This document shows positions 48,801 to 61,000 of a stretch of DNA of 64,000 nucleotides, in pieces. The notes under the pieces are model-generated. The model made no database searches. It worked only from the letters and a program-made list of their open reading frames with translations, and was not told where the DNA came from. Within the stretch, counting starts at the first letter, position 1; each line of letters opens with the position of its first letter. The stretch comes from Tubulanus polymorphus (taxonomy: Eukaryota > Animalia > Nemertea): the NCBI RefSeq assembly GCF_964204645.1, contig NC_134026.1, forward strand, positions 19,440,150-19,504,149. The letters run 5' to 3'. A program made the position numbers and the translations under genes.

Positions 48801-51615
48801 ATATTGAAGGTATTATGATCTGGGTAGCATGTGCAATACATCATTGATTGGTAAAAGCTTGATGAAGATGTGCCCCTTCAAACGGCCTTACACAGGTATG
48901 ATTTATACGATTTTCAAGGCATCACTTACCAAAATGTAGGCGGGTAGGAAAGAGGACATGAAGCTTATCGACATGGAAGTTACAAACTGAAATAAAATCA
49001 TTGTTAATGATCACACCAGGGTTAAAGGCTTAGGCATAAATAGGTATTATCAATCTACAGCGTGTAACCACCCCTTTGACATTTCGTGACACATTTTGGA
49101 AGTTTATGGCGATAAAAATCTATTTGTCCATTCGTTAGTTCAGTTTCAAGTAAAAATGTCTTGGATGAAGTAGCCAATGCAAGCTCCAAACAAGCATTTT
49201 TTAAGCCTGACCAAATAAGTCGGATTATGTGTGTGAACGCTAACTGGTAGCTCACCTCATTGTTACAGCATCGCAAAATCGAGCGAGTGCTTTACTTGTG
49301 AACGCGCTCTCTAATTCGCGCTCTCTAATTTACCCGGGCCAAATGGTTTCCGAATGATCGCGCTTCATAAGAAGCCTAGACGATCAAAAATGGGAAAAAT
49401 GGAGATGAATTTCGATTGTCAGAGGGGCGAATCCAGGCTGCAGCGCAAGGTCGTTCTGGTTATATAGGCAATCGTACATGTAGAACGCAGTATCGAATCA
49501 GTGTTCTCCGTATGCTGGGATCTAAAAAGGTTGCATTCATTCTTCTACAGAATGTGGATGATGACAGTAGCTAAGCTAACCATAGGTCCATGTTGTGACA
49601 GAGAATCCCACAAGTGATATGACGAGAAAGATGAAGTCCGAAAAGATGACTTTATTGATTCCACGTTTCAACTATAACCTCGTTCTTTCTCATTATATCA
49701 GCATAAGATTCTCTTATCTAATTACGTAGCTAAGCTTTTGATCTCCGCAAAAAAATTGAAAATCACAGTTAATGTTAGCGCAATCCCCTATTTTCCACAT
49801 TAGCTCGCTACTTGACAATAATCATTGTAAGCATCAATCATTGAGAGAATTGACGAAGCAGATTTTTTTTCTTATTTTTGGATCTATCTTTGAATAAAAA
49901 TTTATTTGAATGGTTGATTTCGATTCGATTTGAGTGCTGTGTCCATTACAAACCACCACACTCGCCGAGAGATTTTCTAACAGGGTTGGCTTATTTTCAG
50001 CGGGTGGATATAGAAATGACTGGCGTGGCCGGCCGGTTGTCCACAACCCCTCGAAGGAAAAACAAGTCAGTGCTGATTTCAGACCATTCTCGGATTATAA
50101 TCATAGCTGCGTGTAAGTGGTCCCTGAGGGTTTTGTTAGGCTACCAGCGGTCACATTAACGATTGGAGCTAGAACAATAAAGAACATTTTTTATCAAAAA
50201 ATTATTTAGGGCAATCACTGAGCGAAGAAAAATCAAACAATTAGGACATCAAGACTTTCCATGTAATGATCTCAACATCATATAAATCAGAACTTACAAA
50301 TCGAACTTCGATGCACATGCTTCCGTAAACATCTTTGAATAGACCTATTATTGTTAAAGTAACATTCATTTATTTCATTTTTCTGTAAAAAGGTTAACTA
50401 TTTCTGAAGTAACATTCCTCCATATCAGACCTGTTTCAACTCAGAGAAAATGCGGTTTTACAAGGTCTAATTATGGTCACACCGGGGGCAGTAATATGCA
50501 TCCTCCCTCGGCAGGGATTCGAACCTGATGGAATCGCTACACTATGGTGGCTGATATGGGACATGCGTGAAAAAAAACACGAATATGCAAATGAGGGCGA
50601 AATAACGACAAAACTAAAATAACGTGACAAAACAATAATTTTGGTTTCGTCGCCCGCGACATTTCATTATTTTGGTTTTGTCGCCCGCAACATTTCATTA
50701 TTTTGGTACAAGCACAGCTTTGCCGCACGAAAACTTGCGGCACCAATCAGATTGCTCGTTGTATAATCGCTGAGGTAAATTTCACGGAAGAACTATAAAT
50801 GGGAAAACCCGGGCTGAAAAAAAATAGGACTTCTGATTGGCTACTAATGACATCATCTAAGCTGCGCGTGTAGCCGCGCACTCGGTCTAGTGTGGCAGGG
50901 TTTCGTACCCTGGCAATCTCGATGCCATCAGGTTCTAATCCCTGTCAGGGAGGATGGTATAATGCTACAGTGGCGAATGAGGATTCCATAAGGATCCTAA
51001 CTCAATTTCTTATACATCTGAAAACGACCCACATTTTCAATTAGGAAGTAAATCACTATAAGCGCAGAATATCTAACAATCTGAATTCGATTCATTACCC
51101 GTATAGTTCATTCAATTAACCTAAAAGAATCGTCTGCTGAATATGGAAATAACAACAACAATTCAACAACAAAGTTTCAACACGCATACAATGCAGGTGC
51201 ACAATTCGACACAGCATTATAAGCTCTTCGTTAAAGCGACCACAGCATGACGTTTTTGTGAATTCATCTGATCAAAATTCAACGCTTATCCACTGTATAA
51301 TAGCTTATCTCAAAATAAAACAATAATCCAAGATGTTTTTGAAATCTGCCAGGAAAGTGTGCACTATACCGGCCAGGCCTTCGATTGATCCAGACGGGGA
51401 TGGATCTACGAGCCAGATGGCGCAATTCTCCTGAAATCCACGGTTGAAATAAAACTGTAATAATAATTGGATGGTCAGATTCTAATAGGCTAATATACTA
51501 AATCCAAACTCACCATTGTGGTAAATATCACGCATACAACTTTCCAGTTGAGTGGAGTAGCACCTTCTTTAGACAGACGGAACAGTCTCGACGTCTTTTT
51601 CATACAAGAAGCCAT
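39829..51615 (-). CDS. ZIFL-like MFS transporter, paralogue 2, 596 aa; exons 51615-51514, 48986-48930, 48522-48440, 46127-45976, 45239-45117, 44177-44015, 43397-42939, 42603-42497, 42320-42202, 41760-41687, 40894-40733, 40018-39829
   Basis: Same exon structure as paralogue 1, 1791 nt in frame; WGWLSDKVGRRP and FLAQPVEKYP motifs. Confidence 0.9.
40926..41214. mobile_element. piggyBac-type MITE, family A (reverse copy)
   Basis: TTAA|CCCTCTCAG...CTGAAAGGG|TTGA; homologous to 6816-7073. Confidence 0.8.
46748..48215. mobile_element. Family A piggyBac MITE split by nested insertions
   Basis: MITE halves at about 46748-46940 and 48118-48215. The insert is bounded by TTTGACGCCT...AGGCGTCAAA and contains a retroposon-like tail AATAAAGAATTGAATTGAATTG near 47500. 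Confidence 0.65.
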
Positions 51616-54600
51616 TTTTCTAAATACTTTATTCCTTAAAATACAGGAGCCGTAAGCATTCTTATAGGTAGAATAAAAAGAATGATTACTTCTGCGCGGT
51701 CTCAAAAATACCAGAAAAAATCTAGTGCTGATACCGGTATGTCTATATGGGTCAGTCAAATTTAGCTAATCCTGTATATTACCAACGGAATGATATGGAG
51801 CGTTTAGGTTAATAGAGGTCAGGCATTAGGACCAAATAAATACCACCTTTGACTTACCCGGTCATGGCCTCTTTGAAGTGGTACAGGTCAGCATGAACTT
51901 ATGGTACTGGGTATCCCAAGTATTACTAGGACAGCTCCACTTTTTTCAGGAAAGAGGGGATACCGTCTGAGAGTTATTAAAAACATCATAACTACTGTTT
52001 ACTTGCGGGTTAGGCCTACTCAATATTCAGTGAACTTGATTAGGCCTACTTCAATGATATTACTGCAGTGAAGATTTGAGTTCAGTGTGGATTCAGGGAT
52101 TATCACGAGACTTCCGTTAGAACCTTAAATTTCCCATTTATTCAAAGGCACTTGACCTAATGTCACAAAGGGCACAATAACCTTGTCGAAAATATACACG
52201 CAAAGGGCACTAAATCCTGTTAAGTCCGATGGCCACAATTTTTTCATAGCCTAATTGTCATAAAGGAGTTTTTACTGTAATAAGGGCACTGTCGGAATGC
52301 TTCTTTGAGGGCTAAAAAGTGCTGTCAGTAACAAATTGAATGTTTTTTCAGTAGCATTTAATTGAAATAATATGGAAGAAAATGTTAATCAATTAATCAG
52401 TAGGCCTTATTGATCTGCAGTATGACCCTCAGTAACATATTTCATATTTTTGTACGCATCAAACAAATCAATCAGTATTTCTCGCGATGAAATAGTAACA
52501 AATACTGAATATCAGGAACAGTTGGCAGCTCTGTCTTTTTTGGTAAAAATTTGGTATGACCCTCAGATCTTAACCCAGCAGTTACTGTCAGTTAATGATT
52601 ACTTCATAGCTGATTCTCTGAAAGCCTGAAACATGATGAAAGCGCTAACCCTTTTTTACTATCTTCTATCCATAGAACTCTGAGTTCTATGCCTCTATCT
52701 ATGGAACATCCATGGTACAAAATGTGGACATAGGGAATGGTAATCTGCAAAATGTGATTACATGTACGTTCTTTATGACTGAACACGAATCATTAACAGA
52801 GGTAAGTTCACAAATTTGATGCCCAGCTGCTTTTATGACGACATCATTTAGGCCTAACCTTTCGCTACTTGATAATTTTGCACGCACTGTACCAGATGGC
52901 GCTAGCGCAATTTTGATGTTGCTGGTATGTGATGAAGCCTATACAGTTGAAAAGGAGCTATAATGAAAGAAGGCAATCTTACTGCTAATCAATAAACACC
53001 TATGTACAGCGTAGTGGTGCGTTGTGCTTGCGTAGTAGTGCGCTGTGCTCTTCAACTAGCTCACTTTTACAGGTCATAGCCTAATTAGCGACTGAAATTT
53101 CACTAATGCCGGTAGCTAACACTAGCAGGTTAAGAATCTCCTACATTTCTTTCAATCAGTTATTTTCTAAAAAAATCTATATTTCTATTTCTTAAATCAT
53201 AGTCTCACAAGATCTTCGAAATTGTAAACATTAAATCATGACATAGGGGCCTAGGCCTATATTCATTATTCAACTGGCTAAAAATATGGCAGTCAGCGGA
53301 ATTAGGACCAGACCTTTGAACAGCAAAGATAAATGAGGGCATGCTTACTAAGGGTAAGGTCAACTTACTAAAAGTAACACTACACAGAGGTTTTGAAGTT
53401 CAGAGTCTTTTTTTTTAATATTCTCACCTTTTTCCTTTTTTAGACCTTATCTATCCATCAAAAATTCAAGCGAAAGTTTAGTAGACAGGTATTCTGGCAT
53501 TTCTTTCAAGGATTGTGAAACCAGAACTGTATAGATCAGCATTGTCAAGCCGCTAATTGGCTAATTGATGTGATTTCATCATCTCCGAGTGCATATGACT
53601 CGACTTGACTTTGCCGTGCAAAATCACGGCCATGGTCCACGACCTTGAGATTTCCGACATTTCTTCCCAAACAAGTAGCGGGAACGCTCAATTCGATAAC
53701 TTTACTGATCTTTGACCTAACGTTAGCACAAAAGAAAGGGAGCATTGCTTTGAAAATAACTATTTTTTAAAGCATAACTCACTTCAGAAAGTGAATACGA
53801 CATGATAAGATACTTTATTTTCAATCAATAAAGCTCATAAATTGAATTGGGTATTGAAGGTCGCGTGGTCAATGTGCATACATGAAGGTCCAGTTGATTT
53901 GACTCAAAAAAATCATATTTTTGAATGTTTGAGCGACAGCTTGACATGGTGAGTGATGAATTAAAATGAGATTGATCGGTTAAGTTAAGATCTGAAATTA
54001 CCGCAAAACTTTTGGTCGGCTGATGTCATGTTTTTATCAACAACAAGACGACAGTCACGACACCACCAGTCCTGCCTGTGTCACTGACCTGAGCGTGGAG
54101 ATCTAACAGTTCCACTGGAGAAATCAGTTCGATGCAGAGAAAGAATGAGAGAAGACCCTTTTCGTTTGCTATGCAAAATACAACTGTTTATTTCCGACTC
54201 CGCTGACAGCACATGCTCATGCTAATATGATTGACATGCAGGGCGGGGATACTACAGAGATGACCTATTTCTACTAACATAAACTGTTTACTGGCGTTCG
54301 CCACACTGAGAGGTGACAGACAGTGACACCACTCTCCGTAAAAACTCTAATGCACACCGCTCATCGCTCCACATTGTAACTATCCGCCACGCGAGTTTGT
54401 ACCATCTGCAATTTCAGCACTCGGATCCGAGTGCAGAAATTGCGAACTCCTGATTTTGGTATCACCCAGCAAGTCATCACGTGACATTATTGTCCGAAGA
54501 TACAAGGTAGTCATCATGGTGGTAGCAGGAGGATCAAAGCGTGCTGAGTAACTAGCAGGATCACAGGTGGCTACACTTCGTCTTCAAAAAAGGCCATCAT

Positions 54601-56744
54601 GCCGTGAAGTTAGATGAAAAATATGGTTACATACAGTCCAAATGACGTAAAGCAGAAACAAACAAAAAAACAGGATCCCGAAATAAATATGGAAGCCCTG
54701 AGATGACATCTCGTGTTCGTGAGTTCCTGACTTTTCAATTCATAATACATGTGAATGTGACATGAATAACCCTTATGGGTCTTGCGCCATATGAATTACT
54801 TTTCTTAAACTGCGAGAGAGAGGAAGCTCATCGATATATATCCGAGTTATGGTGAATAAAAACAGTACAAGGTTCTATAAGAGACAAGCGCAATTCCTTT
54901 AAAATGACACTACAAGTCCTCTTCCAAACACTAGTCCAGTGGCGATCCATTTTTTTTGTCATAAGCACTTCGCAATCTTTGATTAATATCGTAAATTTTA
55001 GAATTCCTATAAAATATTTATCTGAAAGCAGGAATATCTACTGGGCTAACTACTGGGTCTGTGATGTCATTTTAAGACCCCTGGGATGAAAGCAGGGCAT
55101 TGGAAGTGCAGGGACTACTGTGGCAAAAGTGGCGGCAATAATTTACTGAAGGACGTTTTTTTTTTTAATAGGCCTTCCATGTTTTGAAGAAATGAAGTAA
55201 ATTCGCCGCAGCAACTTATAAGAACCTGTAAAAAATCAGCAATTGGTGGCGGCAATCAAAAATTAGTTCCAACGCGCCTGAAGGGTCAACTGTCAATTCA
55301 TTTGTCTCACTGTAGACAGAATCCTCTTATTCTGGGAAGTTTTGGAGACACAATTGTCTTGATATTTGGTTTATTCATGTATCTTCTTTTTTTTTAATCT
55401 TAAAATAGGGATTGTCCTCATTATTTATTTATTTGGCTGGTAAATTTGGTTTGATTTTTCGATTGAGTGTCCCTTACAGACCCACCACACCTGCCGGGAG
55501 CGAAACAGGGGGTTTGATTTTGATCTTCCCTTGACACCTGCAGCCCAAATAATGAATCAGAATCAAGATGCCTGACTGGTGGCCATTGTTGTTTGCTGAA
55601 ATCAGTTCAAGATCATTGTATTAATTGGTTTCCTGTATATGTTCATTAGGGGACATAAGTCATGAATTATGAGATATCGTGGTATCTTTATATCAATCGG
55701 TACCTATAAATATTTTGTAAGCACCATGAGTTACAAATTTGTAGCTCATGACATATTCTGAATTTTACATGTAATACTTCTTTTTACAGGCACGAACGGG
55801 GATTCACTTCTTTTAGCGAGTAAGAAAGTGCCTTCAATGGTTTTGAACAAAGGGTCCGATTTTATTAAAATTTTTCTTTCATATCGATAGTTATACGGAA
55901 GCACAAAATGCCTGATTGTCAATTTTAATACAGTGAAGAGTCTCTTATACAAATATACAAAGATACAAAGATATCCTTGTTCTCATGCCTGAATCAGATT
56001 TACTTTTCGGTGAGAAGACGTTTCTTTCAGTTCTCCGGGGTTGTTTTTGTAATCACCTATTGATTAGCTATGCACTTTCATTTCACACGGCGTTTCACAA
56101 TTTCTATTGAACATTTTGTTTGCGTGCGTGTAATTACCTTGTTGAAAGTTGTCGCTTTTATGCGTTCAGAGGGCATAACGCACGCACAAAAAATTGCTCT
56201 GTAATATTGGTTTCGATCATAATTTTACTTACTTGGTGACAAGCCGCTGAGTTGCGATGATTTTATCCATCAAAGTAGAATCAGGTAGATTTATTTTCTA
56301 AAATTTAATTTTCAAGGAGCAAGGTTTTAGAGTTGGGAGGTAACCGCTGGTAAAGTAAGCAGTATTTGATTTTAAGATATTTTAACTCGTGTCAAATTTG
56401 AAAATGCAAAGTGTGGCACCTGTAATGATTGTAGGAAACAATGGCTTATTTTTCATGTTGCAAGTTAGTTTAGACAATTGAAATTCATTTAATGAGTAGC
56501 ATTAAGAAATAAGCAACAACAAATAACCGCAACGTAAGCAATTAGGGTACAGACTATTGTCTTAAATCATCAAAGGACATGATTACAATATAAATGCATT
56601 GAAATTGTGTTATAATTCATATAGCAAACTAGCTTACATACCTGTAAACCTAATTCAGTAAACTAATGGTGCTGTAACGAGAGAAATCCCACAATAAATT
56701 CAGGCAAAAATGAAGAGTCCTATATTATTAAAATGATTATATTT

Positions 56745-56787
56745 CGAGCAATGTTTCGGCTAAATTATATTAGCCATCATCAGGCTT
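56745..56787 (-). ncRNA. Degenerate minimal hammerhead ribozyme motif (Penelope-type)
   Basis: AGC-CUGAUGA-U-GGCUAA(UAUAAU)UUAGCC-GAAAC-AUU-GCU; stem III is not canonical. Confidence 0.45.
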
Positions 56788-57023
56788 ACTGAGAATAAAG
56801 TGAAGTAACGGAATATTTATATGTACAAACATCGAACAAGGGGATACAGATTGAAGGATTAAGATTAAAGACAAAACACAAGTTTGATATGATCACCGTA
56901 AATTTAACTAAACCAATTCAGAAATTGATCTAATAATCCCAATTAGTGACATTTCAAAAGATTGATGCATCTGATTTTATGGTTGTTAATGGAATGGTAG
57001 TTAATTATTCTAATCGATATTCC

Positions 57024-57354
57024 CGGTAACAATTAAAAATCCCCCCTGGTAAAAATCCCCAAAATTTGATTTCTCAGCAAAATATAGTAAAAAACTTAGG
57101 CCTAAATAGTTTTCAAAAATTTCAAGTTTTCACTGGTGTTTATCACAATAGGCCTATTTACCTTGGATAATCTATGTCTTTTATCAAGCTACGTGCATGA
57201 AAATCACATTATTCTGTGACTTTTAGCAAGCAACAATGCGTAAAAAATGATATAATTGTAGTTTTGAAAAACTCTATGAAGAAATCTAGTTTAAAAGTAA
57301 TAGTAGAATATCTTTGTACCCTAAAATTACCGGGGGGATTTTTACCTGTTAACG
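57024..57354. mobile_element. MITE with AAAAATCCCC subterminal repeats; diverged inverted copy at about 59390-59781
   Basis: GGTAAC...GTTAAC ends; internal homology in reverse (ccttggataatct/agattatccaagg, caagctac/gtagcttg). Confidence 0.6.
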
Positions 57355-58095
57355 CCCCGGATATCGCATCATGATATGCCCCATCCATGCTCAAACTCCC
57401 CCCAACTCCAGCAAGATCCAAGGCAAGCAGAGTCTATTGTAGATCCTTGCATACTACACATTCTGAAAAATTCAAATAAGGTTTATGAAAAGATAATCTT
57501 GAACGTAAATAGGGTGAAAGCAGAATTTTATGAACAGTGATCTTGATTAGATGAGATTGTGAATTAAGTAAATGAAATAGTGATTTTGAATTTAGATCAT
57601 GGCAAATTTCTACAGAAATATGATTTTAGGCATAAGAAATTCTTCAGTTTTGTTGTCATCGAAATTTTTTCATTTATATCCCCTGAATAAGAATGCCGCA
57701 GTACGAATTTTGATATATTTACGATCCCTGCAGGCATATTGTTTTTCAATATGCCGTTTTATTAGTACACGTATTTATAAATATAATGAAACGAATTTAC
57801 GTTGTTTTATTTTCAGACGTCCGATAGTTCGTTATTATATTCGATCGTCGACGCGAAGAACACGATCACAAAATAAAGCCGATTAACAACTACTCACTAC
57901 GTACGTGTACTTGGACTATAATATCGTGAAGTTCGGACGCTCGAATGCAGATCGCTGAACACAGATATATTAATGCTTAATACCCGGCTTTATAATACGC
58001 AGACATTAACGGTCGTCATATCAATCTAGTCAGCGCAAATAAGCGTAATTATTATTATCGGGCGAATGAACCGTACGTAGTCGATATATTTCATC

Positions 58096-61000
58096 ATGGC
58101 GAAAAGTAAGTTCGAATATGTGCGTCAGTACGAAGATGAGGATAAATTGTTGCCGAATTGTTGGATAGTCATTCGCATCGACGGAAAAGGCTTTCACAAG
58201 TAAGTTCGAGAAAGCGTGGTGCAACTCCGAAGGGCTGCAGTTTCACAGGGGCACGTCGGAACAAGCTGGAGCCCTCGTGCGGAAATTCTTTTCAAAAGTT
58301 TTTCGCATTCTGACCGCTTCTAGATTCAGTATCCTCTCAGTTGTCACTGTACTAAAATCATGTGCACAACAAGATGTATATCTGCCAGTTTGGGGCTGAC
58401 GGTTGATCCAAAAATATTGTTTTCAAACTATGAATAGACTGAGTGGTCAGGGTGGTTCAGGGGCCCCTGTTTCATGAAAAAAGCTACGCTTGAAAGGATT
58501 GATTTTGATGCTTGTGTAGCGAAAATATAAGGGGCCATGATTCATGTAAGTACATCACCGCGTGCATATGGGCTGGTGTAAAAAATCTTCTGATGTAAAA
58601 CTTCTGATGTATTACATGTACTTATTCATGTACCTTATTATTTACGAAATTATATCTAAAGAACTTGTTTTTTTATGATTTTTGTGTCATATTATAAATA
58701 GGAATATGTAGGAAATAAATCATGATAAGCTTTAGAATTGCCTATGGGACATGGAAGAGGGTGTTGAGAAGCGGTTACAATTTTGGAACGTTCTTTATGA
58801 ACAGGTCCCTGAAATACCTAATCAAACTCATGTTGGAAGGGGTATATAGGCCTATGTGACTGGGTTAGGCGGTGCATCATGAATACATACTCCCCGACCT
58901 ACTCCCCTGCAAAATCCAAATTACACATCTTTCTGCTACTGTGTATGGACCCACATTTATTACTATCAATCATCTTTGGCTACTGCAACAACAGGATGTC
59001 CAAATATCACCCATTGCATAACAGTAATCAAAAATTTTTAATTTTTCTCACAATAATGCCGCTAAATAGATGGAGAGTTTATGGAATAAATTGGCATACA
59101 TATTGTTATTTTTATTAGGGAAATTTGTGCATGTATCTTTGAACGGGTCACGGGATCTACTCGTAGGGAGCCCACGACTTGGTGTATCGGTGTTGATGTA
59201 CGCACAGTCGTTACGACCGATAACAACTGGTTGTTGGCGATTATCGCTGAATTCGATCTGAGTGCAATCTACGATAGTCGCCGACAGTTGAGTCGCGTGG
59301 TATGTCAATCGGAGCGGCTTCACTTGAACATATAGATCAAACAGTTCCTCAAACCTGATGAAACTAATGTAGATAATTAATAAGTCCCTGCGGTGAAAAT
59401 TCCACCTGGTAAAAAATACCCATCCCCATCCTACTGATAGAAACTAGAAACACTTATTACAACAATATTAATTTTTAGAAAAACATGTACATAGATAGTT
59501 TATTACTACTTTTAACCAATTTCTTCATAAAACTTTTTCAAAATTACGTTAATGTCACTTTTGATGCATGTAGCTTGCCTATAAAGTTTCAGATTATCCA
59601 AGGTGAACATTGTGACCAACACCATGAAGACTTAGAAATTTTCAAAATCTATCAAGAGTTTTCAACTTAAGAATATTGAAACATTTTGTGAATTTTGTTG
59701 TGAAATCAAATTTGGGGGGGGGGGGGGGTTTACCCATGGGCATATTTACCCGATTTTTACCAGGGGATATTTCCTGTTACCTGATGAAATGACTGTAAGT
59801 CTTATTGACTTCTTTTAGATAAGTTCATCTGGGGTGGCCCAGTGTGATGGTTCCATCAACTGCTGGAAGTCCGATAAGGGTGATCGCTGCTGATGAAGAG
59901 CAAATCTTAGGGCTAAGTCCCTGGCTCCCTTTAGGCACCTTGTTAAGGCCCATCCATGGCCGAATGTCTTCTCTGTAAAATAGAGTTAATTAGCAAAAAG
60001 CAGAGTAATCTGGATAACATCTGGTGAACTTCCAATTATGTACTTCCATTTAAAAATATTCTGTTAACTCGACCGCCGATCACACATCTATATCTGTACT
60101 TCGATTTCCGATTTCAAAATCAAACCCCCTGTTTCGCTCCCGGCAGGTGTGGTGGGTCTGTAAGGGACACTCAATCGAAAAATCAAACAAAATTTACCGG
60201 CCAAATAAATAAATAATGGGGACAATCCCTATTTTAAGATCAAACATCTGGTGAACTAATTAGTTTTCCGGTATGAGGGTCCAATGGCTCAGCTGTCGGG
60301 CCTGTTTGGAGAGTAAAATAATTGTGCACTGAAAAATCAAATGCTTGCATGAATACTTAATACTTATGCTGGCTTTTCCATTTCGTGCATTTACGTGTCT
60401 CAAATATACACTTCACAGAATGTTTTGGTATTCTTCAGGGTTATATATGTTTAGTTGGCAATCGATGCATTGTGAATTGTGTGTGTATAGGCCCTATTGT
60501 GTATTTTCACATTTTCATTCAAGATGTCGAACACAAGAGAGGATTTCATCTAAAAAAAATCATAGAACTCAAATCAAATTTATTTGAATTCTATGAACAA
60601 ATGAAGAATATACGATCATGAATATGACATTATTGTAAGTTTATTGATAAGCTTTGTGCTGAATACATTAGCATCTATTCGTGAAAAGAAACGGATAGCG
60701 AAACGTAGTTCATCACCTAATCATGAATTCTACTGAACAGTTGGGTCGCCCTTTCACTAGTTACAAAGTCCTCATGTATTTGGCAAACAAGTCTGGCATC
60801 TATCTTACGGTTACAATAATCATTCTGTCATTGTTGTTCTTGTTGGGAGCCTTCGGCAATTCAGCCACTTTTCTCATAATGATAAGTCGCAAATTTCGCA
60901 GTTTATCTTACGCTACTTATCTTATCGTTTGTCTCTGTCTGATTTCGTGGTCTGCACAAATTTTACGTTGATGCCTATTTTACAATTCGCGCTCTTGCGC

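Noticed and set aside
55397-60240. Composite transposon carrying THG1L exon 1 between 127-bp inverted repeats
   Set aside because: There is no flanking TSD, the right copy has its own 15-bp TSD, and a third relative exists near 49.9 kb; these are independent insertions.
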